Shown one piece after another: positions 1 to 10,919 of a DNA stretch of 15,976 nt. The stretch is taken from positions 1 to 15,976 of the forward strand of contig JBHGNT010000769.1 in the NCBI GenBank assembly GCA_043228905.1, read 5' to 3'. The stretch's first letter is position 1. Each line of letters begins with the position of its first letter. Position numbers and translations under genes: made by a program. The notes below the pieces were generated by a model that saw only the letters and a program-made list of their open reading frames with translations, was not told the DNA's origin and ran no database searches. Source of the DNA: Azolla caroliniana. Taxonomy: Eukaryota > Plantae > Polypodiophyta.

Positions 1-1703
1 CGGTTGCTCCCCTTCTGTCCTCTTCCGAACTTTTCCGCGGGTCCGCCCTCGACTTCTTCAGCCGATCCGAAGTCGAACTCGACAACCGAGTCAACCGACT
101 CGGTGGTGTCGCGGTCTCCGCTCCTTTCCTGCTGCCTTGCTTGGTCGTTCGGGACTGTTCTCCCCCTCAAGTTTGGCACGTCGAGGTGACGCAATCCGAG
201 CACAGCTGAGAATTGCTGCAACTTGTCCAGACCAAGAGGCTTGGTGAAGATGTCAGCAGTCAGCCGATCCGTCGGAACGTACTGAAGTTCGACTTCACCG
301 GAAAAGACACGCTCACGGACGAAATGGTAGTGCACCTCAATGTGCTTGGTCCTTGCGTGGAAGACGGGGTTCTTCGCGAGTTGGATGCTGTTGAGGTTGT
401 CGCAATAGATCGTCATTGGATTAGACACCTCCTCTTGCAGGTCCTTAAGTACCCGCTTCAACCATATGGCTTCGCATGTCGCGACGGTCGCTCCTCGGTA
501 CTCAGCTTCGGTGCTCGACAGTGCAACTATAGGCTGCTTCTTACTGCTCCACGCGATCGCGGCACTCCCGAGGGAGAATGCGTATCCAGACGTGGATCGA
601 CAATCGGCGGCGTTGCCAGCCCAATCAACATCGGTGTAGCCGACTAACTGCACGGCTGCACCGGTCCGATATAGCAGTCCCTGGTCCTTAGTGCCGTTGA
701 CATACCGATGTATGCGTTGCGCACACTGAAGGTGCTCCTCGGTAGGTCGCGCCATGAACTGATTGATCACTCCGACCGGATAACTGAGGTCGGGTCGGGT
801 GATGGTCAAGTATATGAGGCTTCCGACAATTTGTCGGAACCTCGTCGGGTCGCATACCTTTCCCGTATCGGGACGAAGCTTGACGGTTCTGTCCAGAGGA
901 GTCGAGACGGACTTACAGTCGGCCATCCCGAATTTGAAGAGCATACTCAGCACGTAATGACGTTGGCTGATCAATATGCCTTCGCGGGTACGGATCACTT
1001 CGATCCCGAGGAAGTAATGAAGGTCCCCCAGATCCTTCATGTCGAACGATGCCGCAAGCTGGAGCTTCACGCGATCGATTTCACCGAGGTCGGCGCCAGT
1101 GATGACCAAGTCATCAACATATAGTAAAATACTAACCGGTCCGAGTCGACCTTTCCGGATGAACAGGGAAGAGTCCGATTTTGACGTGACGAAGCCCATC
1201 CGACGCAGTTGTTGCGTGATCTTCGCGTTCCAGGCACGCGGGGGTTGCTTCAGTCCGTAAAGGGACTTCTTTAGTCGGCATACTACCGAGGAGTTCGTTC
1301 CGGTGTGAAATCCGGGGGGCTATACCATGTACACTTGTTCCTCAAGGTCACCTTGCAGGAACACATTCTTTACATCCATCTGATGTAAGTGCCACCCCTT
1401 CGCCGCAGCTACTGCGAGCAAAACATGGACGGTCATCATTTTCGCGGTCGGCGCAAATGTCTCATCGTAGTCGATGCCATGTTTCTGCGCGTAGCCCTTT
1501 GCCACTAGCCAAGCCTTGTACTGGTTGACCGAGCCATCGGTGTTGTACTTGACCTTGTACACCCACCTACACCTGATCGGTTTTACCCCTGTTGGTGCGC
1601 CAACCAGGTCCCAGGTCTCGTTCTCCGCCAATGCATGCATCTCTTCCTCCATCGCGACACGCCAATTCGCGTCTTTAGCCGCGTTTGCGTAGCTCTTCGG
1701 CTC
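1..1703 (-). pseudogene. copia reverse transcriptase + RNase H part of pol; one premature stop, frame open off the left edge
   Basis: Manual translation: EPKSY...[25 protein letters not shown]...KSLYGLKQPPRAW...LLYVDDLVI (YVDD at 1110-1121)...GYTDVDWAG...SSTEAEY...IYCDN...HARTKHIEVHYHFVRE...ADIFTKPLG. TAG at 1320-1322, then no stop from 1319 to position 1, which explains its absence from the ORF track. Confidence 0.95.
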
Positions 1704-2201
1704 ACAAACTTCCGCTACACGGGTCATGTATGCATAATGATGCGTCATGTACTCGTTGTATCCGAACCACAAAATAGGGTTCTTCTGGCGGGTAGATCGG
1801 CGTAATCTAGCATTAGCCGAAGTGGAGGCCTTCTCGTTCGACGCGGCCTTCACCTTTAAAGACCCGTCACTGGTTCCCTCGGAGTCGGACTCGCGTCGGT
1901 CTGACTCGTTCCTATCCGTGCCGAAATCCGACACCTTCTTCTTCCCTTTCTCTTTGTGCGTAAGCCGTCTCCTCGGCTTCCTGCGCAGGGAATGCACGGC
2001 CGAGTCTCCACTACTCGCCGGCTCTTCATCGGACTGGTCGTACCGACTCAGTCGTCCAATCGGTCCACTCGGTCCACTTAAATGGAGTGAAATCGGACTC
2101 TCTTCGCGGGTCTCGATTTCGGGCTCATCCGGAGGCATCTCGGCCTCTCTGACCTCATCGTCAGAGCTCGGATTGGAGTCGGGGTTCGGAGTCGGGGGCT
2201 G

Positions 2202-2901
2202 CTACCAGGACGCGGACTCGTCAAACACAACGTCGCGGCTGACACGTGCTTGTTTGGTGCGAGGGTTATAACACTTATAACCCTTCTGCTCGTCCGAGTA
2301 ACCGACCAAGATACATTTCTCGGCCTTTGCGGCCAGCTTCCTCCTTTTCTCCTTCGGTACATGCACATACGCAATGCTACCGAACACCCTCAAGTGTCGC
2401 AAGTTCGGCTTCGTTCCTGAAATATAGCTTGTGCGCCGACACTTTGTCTCCGATCCGGTTCTAGATGTATACCGCGGTCCTTACCGCCTTGGCCCAGTAG
2501 AACTTGGGCAAGCTCTTCTCCTCCAGCATTGCCCGTGCCGTTTCCACAATCGACCGATTCTTCCTCTCGGCCACGCCGTTCTGCTCCGGCGTGTATCTAC
2601 AACTGAATTCGCGCCGAATTCCCATTTGTTGTAGATAACCGCTGAATTGACCAGAAAAGTACTCTTTCCCGCCATCCGACTGCAGGCACTGGATCTTACG
2701 TCCCGTTTCCGTTTCCACGAACCCTTTGAGGTCCCGGAAACAGTTGAAGACTTCGCTCTTCCTCTCAATGAGGTAGATCCACGTGTGCCGCGTCTGGTCG
2801 TCGATGAAGGAGACAAAATATCGGCTCCCGCCAAGACTAACGTTTTGTGCCGGCCCCCATACATCGGAGTGTATAAGGTCGAGCTTGTTCCGGCTCCGGT
2901 T
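2202..2901 (-). pseudogene. copia integrase core (DDE) and downstream GKGY-type region, disrupted
   Basis: LDLIHSDVWGP...LQSDGGKEY...TPEQNGVAERKNR...LRVFGSIAYVHVPK...LVGYSDEQKGYKCY...VSRDVVFDE. Stops at 2902-2904, 2461-2463 and 2202-2204; 1-nt frameshift near 2418. Confidence 0.95.
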
Positions 2902-3492
2902 TCACTCGTTGGGGAAAGGAAGTCGGTGTTGCTTCCCGAGCTGGCAAGCTTCACAAATTTGTGCCTTTCGGCCACTAAATTTGGGCAATCCTAACACTAC
3001 CTGTTTCGATTGCAGATCTTGAAGCCGCTGGTAGTTGACGTGGCCTATCCGCTTGTGCCACAAGTCGATGTGGGACTCGGATTTTTGTCCCTTCGCAGAC
3101 ATTGCGGTGCCGCCATCAGTGGAATCGAGGATGAACATCCTCCCGTCTCTGCGCCCTTGCGCAATCACATGGCCTTCTTCCTCAATGAAGCACCTGAAGT
3201 GTGTAAACCGAACCTCCATCCCTTGGTCGACGATCTGTCCGACCGAGACCAAGTTCTTCGTGATTGTCGGAACGTGTAACACGTTCATGAGTTTCCCTTT
3301 CTGCCCGACATGGCTAAGGGGAACTTCTCCGACATTCGCGATCGGATGCGGAGTGTCGTCTCCAGTTGCGACTACTCCAGGTTGTATTGGTTTTTCAAGG
3401 TACGAGAACCACTCCTTATGACTCGTCATGTGGTTCGACGCGCCGGAGTCTACATACCACACCTCGTCCGATCTCGGGGTGGTCCGTTTCAT
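2902..3492 (-). pseudogene. copia aspartic protease + GAG-pre-integrase (HHCC) region
   Basis: ORF 2902..3492: WYVDSGASNHMT, NVLHVPTITKNLVSVGQ, LWHKRIGHVN...ICEACQLGKQHRLPF. Same frame as gag. Confidence 0.95.
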
Positions 3493-3642
3493 TGAGTTTG
3501 CTTCGTGTCTCGTTACGAAGACAGACCCTTCTCCGGCTCTCCCGGAGTCTTCGGCGTAGTGCGACTGCTGCCGATTTCCCTTGTCGGTATGTCCGGAGCC
3601 GTTTCCGGAACCGGTTCTCTCCGAATCGGCGTGCTTCTTCCA

Positions 3643-4470
3643 GCACTCACTTTCCCTGTGGCCTTTCTTGCCAGAGTACCAGCACTCCGCGATGGCCTTC
3701 CCTTGCCGGTTCTCATCGCTTCGACTCCCCTTGTTTCCGGAGGGTCCGGAGTTGCTGTCGGCATCACTTCGGTGCTTTCTTCCTTGATCTCGTCGGCCGC
3801 CTCCATTGCGCGCCGACTCGCCTCATCCTCCACGTCCACGGGGCCTATCTCCCTCCGTGTACAACATTCTGCTATCGGTGTGCGTGCTTGTAGACGCACC
3901 CACGTGGTTCTCCTCTACCAGGAGCATTGACTGTAAGTTGAAAAAGGACGGCGTATTCTCTCGGGTACACACAGCCGTTCGGAACGCTCCGAACTTCGAC
4001 GCCAAACCTCCGAGACAGATTTGGACCATCTCGCTCTCCTCGATGTTCACCTCTATGGAGGTGAGGGAGTCGCAGATATCCTTGATCTTCGAGGTATAGT
4101 CCGCCACTGACAAGTCGCGTTGTCGTAGGTTGTTCAACTCCTGTCGGAGCTTAAGCTTCCTGGCTCTGGTGCTTGCGGCGAAAATCTTCTTCAGATTTTC
4201 CCACGCACCCTTCGGCGTATTTGCATCCTGAACATAGCTCAATAGCTCTTCGCCCACACACGACGCGAAGCAGTATAATACCCTGCTCGCCGATTGCTCC
4301 CACGACGGGAAGTCTCTATGTGTCGATTCGGGTGCCGCGTCATTAGCTCCTTCGACATAACTCCAGTAGCCGTGCCTGAGTAGGTACTGGTGCATCTTGT
4401 AGGACCAAGACGCGTAGTTGGTTTTGTCGAGCTTCTCTGTTGGAAGCGAGCTCGCCATGCCTCTATCCAT
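3643..4470 (-). pseudogene. copia gag (capsid-like domain + zinc knuckle), premature stop
   Basis: Probable ATG at 4470 or 4458, just after the PBS (MDRGMASSLPTEKLDKTNYASWSYKM). TGA at 3823-3825. In-frame knuckle CWYSGKKGHRESEC at 3643-3684 has its second Cys changed to Ser. Confidence 0.92.
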
Positions 4471-4498
4471 CGTTCTTCTTGTTCTTCTCAACCCTCGC

Positions 4499-4510
4499 GC
4501 TCTGATACCA
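4499..4510 (-). promoter_or_regulatory. primer binding site complementary to the tRNA-iMet 3' end
   Basis: Plus strand GCTCTGATACCA = minus strand TGGTATCAGAGC, immediately after the LTR end ...TTTACA. Confidence 0.95.
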
Positions 4511-4946
4511 TGTAAAGAGTAACGTGCGGAAGCAAGTATGAAGACCGAACAGAAGGAAGAAAAACACAGGTTTAATGGAGAGCTTGAGCTTATGCAGTTT
4601 ACGCGGGAGAGACAGAGAGACTGATAATCACAAGAACTATATTCAACAATAATACTCGATCTGTACATAAGACGTGCTCAGTGAACACTTTTATACAAGT
4701 CCTAGAAGGACTGACCGAAGTACTGACAGTACTTCAATGCTCATTGAGAGCTCCTACAGTAACTCCCAAATATATTCCTCACGGAATATCTTTCCTAATG
4801 GCCTCCCGGTTTCCTCACCGATCCGGCCCTACCTACACACCGGTCTGCGTACCGGTTTACGCATTCGGCCTAACCGATCGGTCCCAACCGATCCGGTCCT
4901 CGGCTTCTTCAGCTGATCCGGCCGATGTTGAGCTTGTCTCTGAACA
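4511..4946 (-). repeat. 5' LTR of the copia element (~436 bp)
   Basis: Minus strand starts TGTTCA and ends TTTACA (TGT...ACA termini) and abuts the PBS. TATAAAAG lies at 4688-4695 (minus). Composition switches to AT-rich LINE ORF1 coding at 4947. The partner LTR is not in the window, so the outer boundary is inferred. Confidence 0.8.
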
Positions 4947-4947
4947 G

Positions 4948-5595
4948 TTAGGAAGGAACTACTATCAACTCGAGTTTGAATAAGATTTAATGGTGCCATT
5001 TATGTTAGAAAGGAAAGCTATCGCGATCAAGGGAGGATGGGTTTCTTTTCATAAATGGATCCACAATTTCTCGGCAAACCAGGTACTCCATGAACATGAC
5101 TCTCTTTATACATGTATGATGGTTTTTCCGAATTTGTGTAAAGAATGGATAACTTCTATCAAATTAATTGTTGCTACAATTGGTACGGTATTACAGGTAT
5201 ATGATAAGCCACGAAAAGAAGGACACAAAATGTTAGGTGCGATATCGGCTAAAATTCTGGTTTCTAGGGCTACAATATTGCCATCTCACATTTTGTTGCC
5301 CAATTTGTTGGACTCAACACAGTCTCCGTATTCTTAGAAAATCATGTACCGAGGTCTGCCTAATCAATGTTTGGGGTGTTTCGGGTTTGGTCATTTGGCC
5401 AAACATTGTCCTAAGTTTCAAAATGCCTCTCATATAGTGGAGCCCTCTACGACCATTATTCCATATAAGGCCTCATCTGAAGGATGGACTATAGTAGGGA
5501 ATAGGAAAACATCTCGAACAAGTAAAACTCAACAAGTACAACCTAATAACCTTCATGAATTTCCTCCCCTTCATAATAAATATACAACACTTTAG
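4948..5595 (+). pseudogene. LINE ORF1 remnant (DUF4283-like region + CX2CX4HX4C knuckle); probably continues with stops to ~6100
   Basis: LGRNYYQLEFE*...GGWVSFHKW...YRGLPNQCLGCFGFGHLAKHCP...EGWTIVGNRK, in one frame broken by stops at 4981-4983 and 5335-5337. Confidence 0.8.
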
Positions 5596-5917
5596 GTAGA
5601 TGGTGACGACTCTCAAGTGGCACTTGCGATAGGTTCATTGATCCCATCGAAGACTGATACATGTCCCCCAATGACAACAATGCTTTCTAAGTCATCTTCT
5701 CGGTCAACCACCTACCAAAACAATCTCGTTAGATAAATTGAAACAAAAGGAAGATGACATGGAGATTGAAATAGCTCAACAAGGAAAGCTAGAGCTACAA
5801 GGGCAACAGATGATGGTGGATGTCACTATCCAACGATTGGAGGAAGCTGCGCCTATACCTACAACTGATATAACAATGGAAAAACTAGTTATGAGAAAAA
5901 GGAAACAATGGAAGTAG

Positions 5918-6348
5918 AATTGTTATTGACAGACAAAGAGGCCAATGGTTTCAAGTTTGGATCCTCAAAGGATATGGCCGCAGGCCAAGATTTGGATAAG
6001 GTTGTGAAAGAACATAGGGTTCACAACTATGCAGGGAAGGACTTGCTAACAAAGCGACAAATTCACACTCAACCTTTCCTAGATTTCAAGGACTTATACA
6101 AGCAGATTTAAATACACCAAATGTTGGTGCAATTGTTATTGACAGACAAAGAGGCCAATGGTTTCAAGTTTGGATCCTCAAAGGATATGGCTGCAGGCCA
6201 AGATTTGGATAAGGTTGTGAAAGAACATAGGGTTCACAACTATGCAGGGAAGGACTTGCTAACAAAGCGACAAATTCACACTCAACCTTTCCTAGATTTC
6301 AAGGACTTATACAAGCAGATTTAAATACACCAAATGTTGGTGCAATTG
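5918..6348 (+). repeat. 213-bp direct tandem duplication (5918-6130, 6131-6343) bounded by AATTG
   Basis: The copies differ at one position (C5979/T6192). AATTG occurs at 5918, 6131 and 6344. Confidence 0.97.
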
Positions 6349-9300
6349 ATATTCTTTTTTTGCAAGAGCATCACTTGTCCGCTGATAGGATACGGAATTA
6401 TGGTTCCATCCTACCAAGGAGATGGATACATTTCTGGCTATTAAAGAACATTGGGCATCCATCATAGTTTCGGCAGGTACTATTTCAAATAAAAGGGCGC
6501 AATTTCTTATTCTTCAAATAGGACCTCAGAAGACTGGTATTATAAATTTATATGCTTCTAACTTAACCTCAGAAAAAGCTTCCTTTCGGATTTCTCTTTC
6601 TGAATATGCCGGATTAGCAGATTCTTGGCTTGTGGGTGGTGACTTTAACATGATTGAAGAAGCATCTGATAGAAGGGGAGGCTCAATCAGTACAATAACA
6701 AGCTGAGAAGCTAGAGCTTGGGATTCCTTCTGTTTATCTTTTGGTTTATTGGATCTATGGAATATCCACTCCATTTCTCGAATGCAAGACTCCCTTCATT
6801 TCTCTCGGTCAAATGGTAGTATGGTTGTTGCTAATTTGGCACGATTGGATAGGTTCTATGCTAGTAACGTTTTTTGGGAAGCTTTTGGATCTATGGGGAT
6901 TATTCCTAGGATGGTAACTTCTGATTATTATCCATTGAAGTTAAACATTGTATTCACCAAAAGATCCTATCTTAAGCAATTTCGTATCCCGAACTCATTG
7001 CTTGCTGATGAAACTCATAGAGTTTCTATAGCTCAAATCTAGTCTAAGTATAGTTTCTCTGATGCCTTTCTACTCAGAGATATCACTTATGTCATTCTTG
7101 ATGTCAAGAGCTTCTCCATAAACATAGTCGCCTCTTCAGTTGATCGATGCAGTGCACAGATTGCTAATTTGCATCGAGCACTGGCTGCAACACAAAAGTT
7201 ATTGGAAAAATACCCAACCTCACCGATGTTGCTCTCGGATTTACAACAAGTAAAAAGCAATTGAAAAGAAAAGCAACATGCAAGAGGCTTGTACTTCTAC
7301 AAACGTAATACAGCTTCTTGGTCACAGAAGCATTGCTTGCTGATGAAACTCATAGAGTTTCTATAGGTCAAATCTGGTCTAAGTATAGTTTCTCTGATGC
7401 CTTTCTACTTAGAGATATCACTTATGTCATTCTTGATGTCAAGAGCTTCTCCATAAACATAGTTGCCTCTTCAGTTGATTGATGCCGTGCGTAGATTGCT
7501 AATTTGCGTCGAGCACTGGCTGCAACACAAAAGTTATTGGAAAAATACCCAACCTCACCGATGTTGCTCTCGAATTTACAACAAGTAAAAAGCAATTGAA
7601 AAGAAAAGCAACATGCAAGAGGCTTGTACTTCTACAAACGTAATACAGCTTCTTGGTCACAGAAGCAGGATACGGTTAACAGAGAGTTCTTTAGTCAATT
7701 TAAACAGAAGTATAAAACACTATCTATCAAAACCCTAAAATGACTTGATGGCTCTTAATCCTTCTCAGAGGAAGATCTTAATAAGAGACAACTTGTACTA
7801 AAAACAATACAACATAAGGTCACTCATGAAATGGCTTCCCAGTTGCTTCAACCATTTACAGACACTGAAGTCTGGACAACGGCTAAATTCCTGGGTAAAT
7901 ATATGTGTCCTAGAAAGGATGCCATAGGAGTGGTATTCTATTTGCACTATTGGGACTTGTTGGGGCCTAATCTTACTAGAGTAGTTAATTTAATTTTCTC
8001 AACAGGGAATATGCCCGATGAATGGACAGAAGGAATCATATACATGATTCCAAAATCAGATGCTCAATGTAATGAAATATCAAAATGGCGTCCAATAACT
8101 TTGCTTAACAACATCTATAAAATAGTAGAAAAAACTATAGCTAATAGAATGCGACCGTTGCTTCCCTCAATTATACATGATACACAATCAAGATTCCTTC
8201 AAGATAGAAGCATCTTTGACAATATCTTCCTTTTTTGGGAGGTGATTGCATTGGCTCAATATCACAAACAGTGACTTGCAATACTATTATTAGATTTTGA
8301 GAAAGCATATGATAAAGTAGATTGGGACTTTCTAGAGGCAGTTCTATTAAGATTAGGGTTTCCAAGTGCATGGATAAAAGGTGTGTCTACATTATATAGA
8401 CATGCGTCTAGCTCAGTTCTATTTTTTGGAGGCAATGGTACATTATTTCCAATTTCCAGATTTGTTCGACAAGGTTGTTCGTTAGCACCATTTATTTTTA
8501 TTTTATTTGTGGAAGCTTTATCATCTTTTCTTAGATCCTCAATGACGGCCATCCAAGAAATAGCTTTACCTATTGCAAACTCGACAATTCTTGATGCTGA
8601 GTTTGCGGATGACACTCCTCTATATATTCGCGGAGATGTTGTTAATCTTGATCAGGTACAAAATGCTTTACAAATATTTTTAGATGCTATTGGAGCCTCT
8701 CTCAATTGGAATAAATTTGTAGGCCTTTGGGCTAGTGATGAACCGCGTCCAGAATGGTATCCAGGCCCTGCATTCCGTTGGCTAAATCATGGGGAGCCGA
8801 TTCGTTATTTAGGTTGTCTTGTTGGTATAGATTTACCATATGAAGTGATGCTATCACCATTGCTATTATCAATTAAGGGTAAGTTGGTATATTGGGACTC
8901 GCAACACTTATCCCTTGCAGATCAGGTTGTCATCGCAAATTCGGTGTTGTTGGCCTCAATATGGTTTATCGCATCTACTTGGTTGTTCTCTAGGTCGGCA
9001 ATCATGAAAGTTCAAAGCCTCATACGTAACTTCCTTTGGGGTGGAAAAAATGGATCTCGTGCAATGGCCAAGCTGGCATGGGATGTTTTGATTAGGCCAA
9101 AAAGTCAAGGAGGGTTGGCTCTAATAGATCCCTTAATACAATCTCGAGCTCTCTTGAAAAAGTTTGTAGTCAGAGGATTGTTGCAGGGACAAAGGCATGG
9201 AAGGGTATGTTGCTTAATCAGCTGATGCAATTATCTCCCAAGACGGGAGGGAACTGGTTGCCGTCTTTGAAATGGATGTTCTTGACATATATTTAGACAC

Positions 9301-10740
9301 TGAGACAGAATCTAACATCCAATAGATTTCTACATGGGATCGTCAGATCATGGGATAGTTGGATGAATCAACCGCTTTTGGCTAATTCTCTTGTTCGGGA
9401 TTCTATTAGAAATGTATTCGGCCTTAGACCTTGTCTTGCATGGGAAAAATTAGACAATGGGCAACAATATTAGTAGGATCCTGGATTCATTTTAGCAGAT
9501 GCCAGAAGTGGATTGCCTTAAGCAGTTACACTCGATATATGGGGCGAAGACAATGACAATGGATATTTCAATAGCCTTCTCTTAGGCCTCATCACGACTT
9601 CAGTCAATGCAGGAGCATATGTGGTTTGGTTGCTTGACGAACGATATGTTGCTCTTTGTTAAAGGAATTTCTACAAATGGGTGTATTTTTTATTTCCATA
9701 TTCAACAGGATAATAAATTGCAGCCTTATACACCCTCTGATAATTTGCTGCAAAACTTGCTTGTTGTTCCAGTTAGGGTGATTGCCAAAACTGGTAAGAA
9801 ATGGCTCTTGGATCCACAACCGTCAATAGCCCATTTTTCGGATATGCTTTGGTTATATGCACGACAACCAATTAATAGGCTAATGTGGGACCTAGGGGGA
9901 TGGTCTTGGACTAGTCCCATGATGGATCCAATGCAAAAAGTTCCGTTCTTTCAGTATACTGTGAAATTTGGTAGAACCTTACTCGTGTCTAAGAATGTTC
10001 CAACTCTTGTGGCTCAAAAGCACTAGAATAAGTGGGGTGTATCAAGCAATCACTTGAAGGCTTATTGGAAATGGATTTGGTTTTTTAGGGGACCAACAAA
10101 ATACACTCTCTTCAGATGGCTTTTACTACATGCAACACTACCAGTAGGTCAGTCTTTGAAAGGAAATGTGACACCCGTTCTTAGACAATGTAGTTATTGT
10201 GGTGACTTAGAGGAAGCTACCAAGCATGCTCTCTGGTCCTGTTCAATAGCCCAACAAGTATAAAATAAAGTTCTTTCTTTATTCCTAACAATTAATATAG
10301 GTTGCCTATTCTCCTGGGGATCAGCGGTATGGGGGGTTCTCCATTCCAGTCTCTTATTGTATGAGGTAGATGATGCTCTAGAGGCTAAGACAGTCGTCAA
10401 CAAGCATCTAATATATGTCTCCCATTTTCAGCAACCTCGAAAGCAAATGCGTGCAACCCATGTATGGAAAACAATATCCACGGTTACATTATGGATCTTA
10501 TGGAAGTATCGGTGTAAAAGACAATATGATTCTATAATTCCCCTTCTCTTAGATATATTTCTAGAATTATGGGACAACTTATTGGCGGTAGTGCGTGGGT
10601 AATATGACAATATGTCGGGCCCTTCAGAGGTTGTTCTTAAGAAAAAGAAAAAATTACGCAGTTATGGAGGAAGTTGCCTCTATTCATGGTCTCCTCTCAA
10701 GGACCTATATGGAAATATCATCATCCCTGGCCCTTCCTCT
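6348..10740 (+). pseudogene. LINE ORF2 remnant: APE endonuclease, reverse transcriptase, zf-RVT; many stops and frameshifts; ends approximate
   Basis: DILFLQEH (from 6348), NLYA, VGGDFN, ARLDRFY, SDYYP; WRPITLLNNIYKI, RSIFDNI, LLDFEKAYDKVDW, VRQGCSLAP, EFADD (FADD at 8602-8613), RYLG, RNFLWGG, PKSQGGL; CSYCGDLEEATKHALWSC (~10190-10242), LWILWKYRC. Confidence 0.93.
6996..7667 (+). repeat. 335-bp direct tandem duplication (6996-7330, 7331-7665)
   Basis: Both copies start CATTGCTTGCTGATGAAACTC and end GGTCACAGAAG. About 10 substitutions counted by eye, no indels, 2-nt CA junction homology. Confidence 0.96.
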
Positions 10741-10919
10741 GATTATCCTTTTTGTATATAACACTCTCTAATTGTACAATTTGTAGCCTTACGATGTTTT
10801 TTCTTAATACTAATGAAGGAAATCTTTTTGGAAAAAAATAATAAGATAGAGAAAGGATTAAGTAGATAGATAATTTATCTCAAAATAATTATGAAAGATA
10901 TCTTCAAAAAACTACTTTA

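Larger units (their letters stand above)
1..4946 (-). mobile_element. Ty1/copia LTR retrotransposon, degenerate; 3' end lies outside the window (left)
   Basis: Minus-strand order is LTR, PBS (TGGTATCAGAGC), gag, protease (WYVDSGASNHM), GAG-pre-integrase (LWHKRIGH..CEAC), integrase (HSDVWGP, SDGGKEY, NGVAERKN, QKGY), RT (YVDD), RNase H (TDVDWAG, STEAEY, CDN, ADIFTK). Integrase before RT is the copia order. Confidence 0.97.
4947..10840 (+). mobile_element. L1-type LINE (non-LTR retrotransposon), degenerate; 5' part cut off by the copia insertion
   Basis: ORF1 remnant with CCHC knuckle, then APE endonuclease, non-LTR RT and zf-RVT motifs in order. 3' end TAATGAAGGAAATCTTTTTGGAAAAAAA (A7 at 10832-10838). 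Confidence 0.93.

Noticed and set aside
821-839. Perfect inverted repeat TTCCGACAA-T-TTGTCGGAA
   Set aside because: Isolated, and lies within conserved RT coding (FRQIVG); no evidence for a separate function.
213-4099. Numerous long plus-strand ORFs (213-647, 708-1124, 1747-2271, 2647-2994, 3010-3279, 3366-3893 etc.)
   Set aside because: Antisense shadows of the GC-rich copia gag-pol frame, with no independent domain motifs.
4471-4668. N-terminal extension of ORF 3823..4668
   Set aside because: Runs through the LTR and PBS; the real gag start is most plausibly ATG 4470 or 4458.
5908-6324. Two nearly identical 67-aa ORFs suggesting a small gene pair or repeat array
   Set aside because: By-product of the 213-bp tandem duplication inside the LINE. 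No spacers, so not CRISPR-like.
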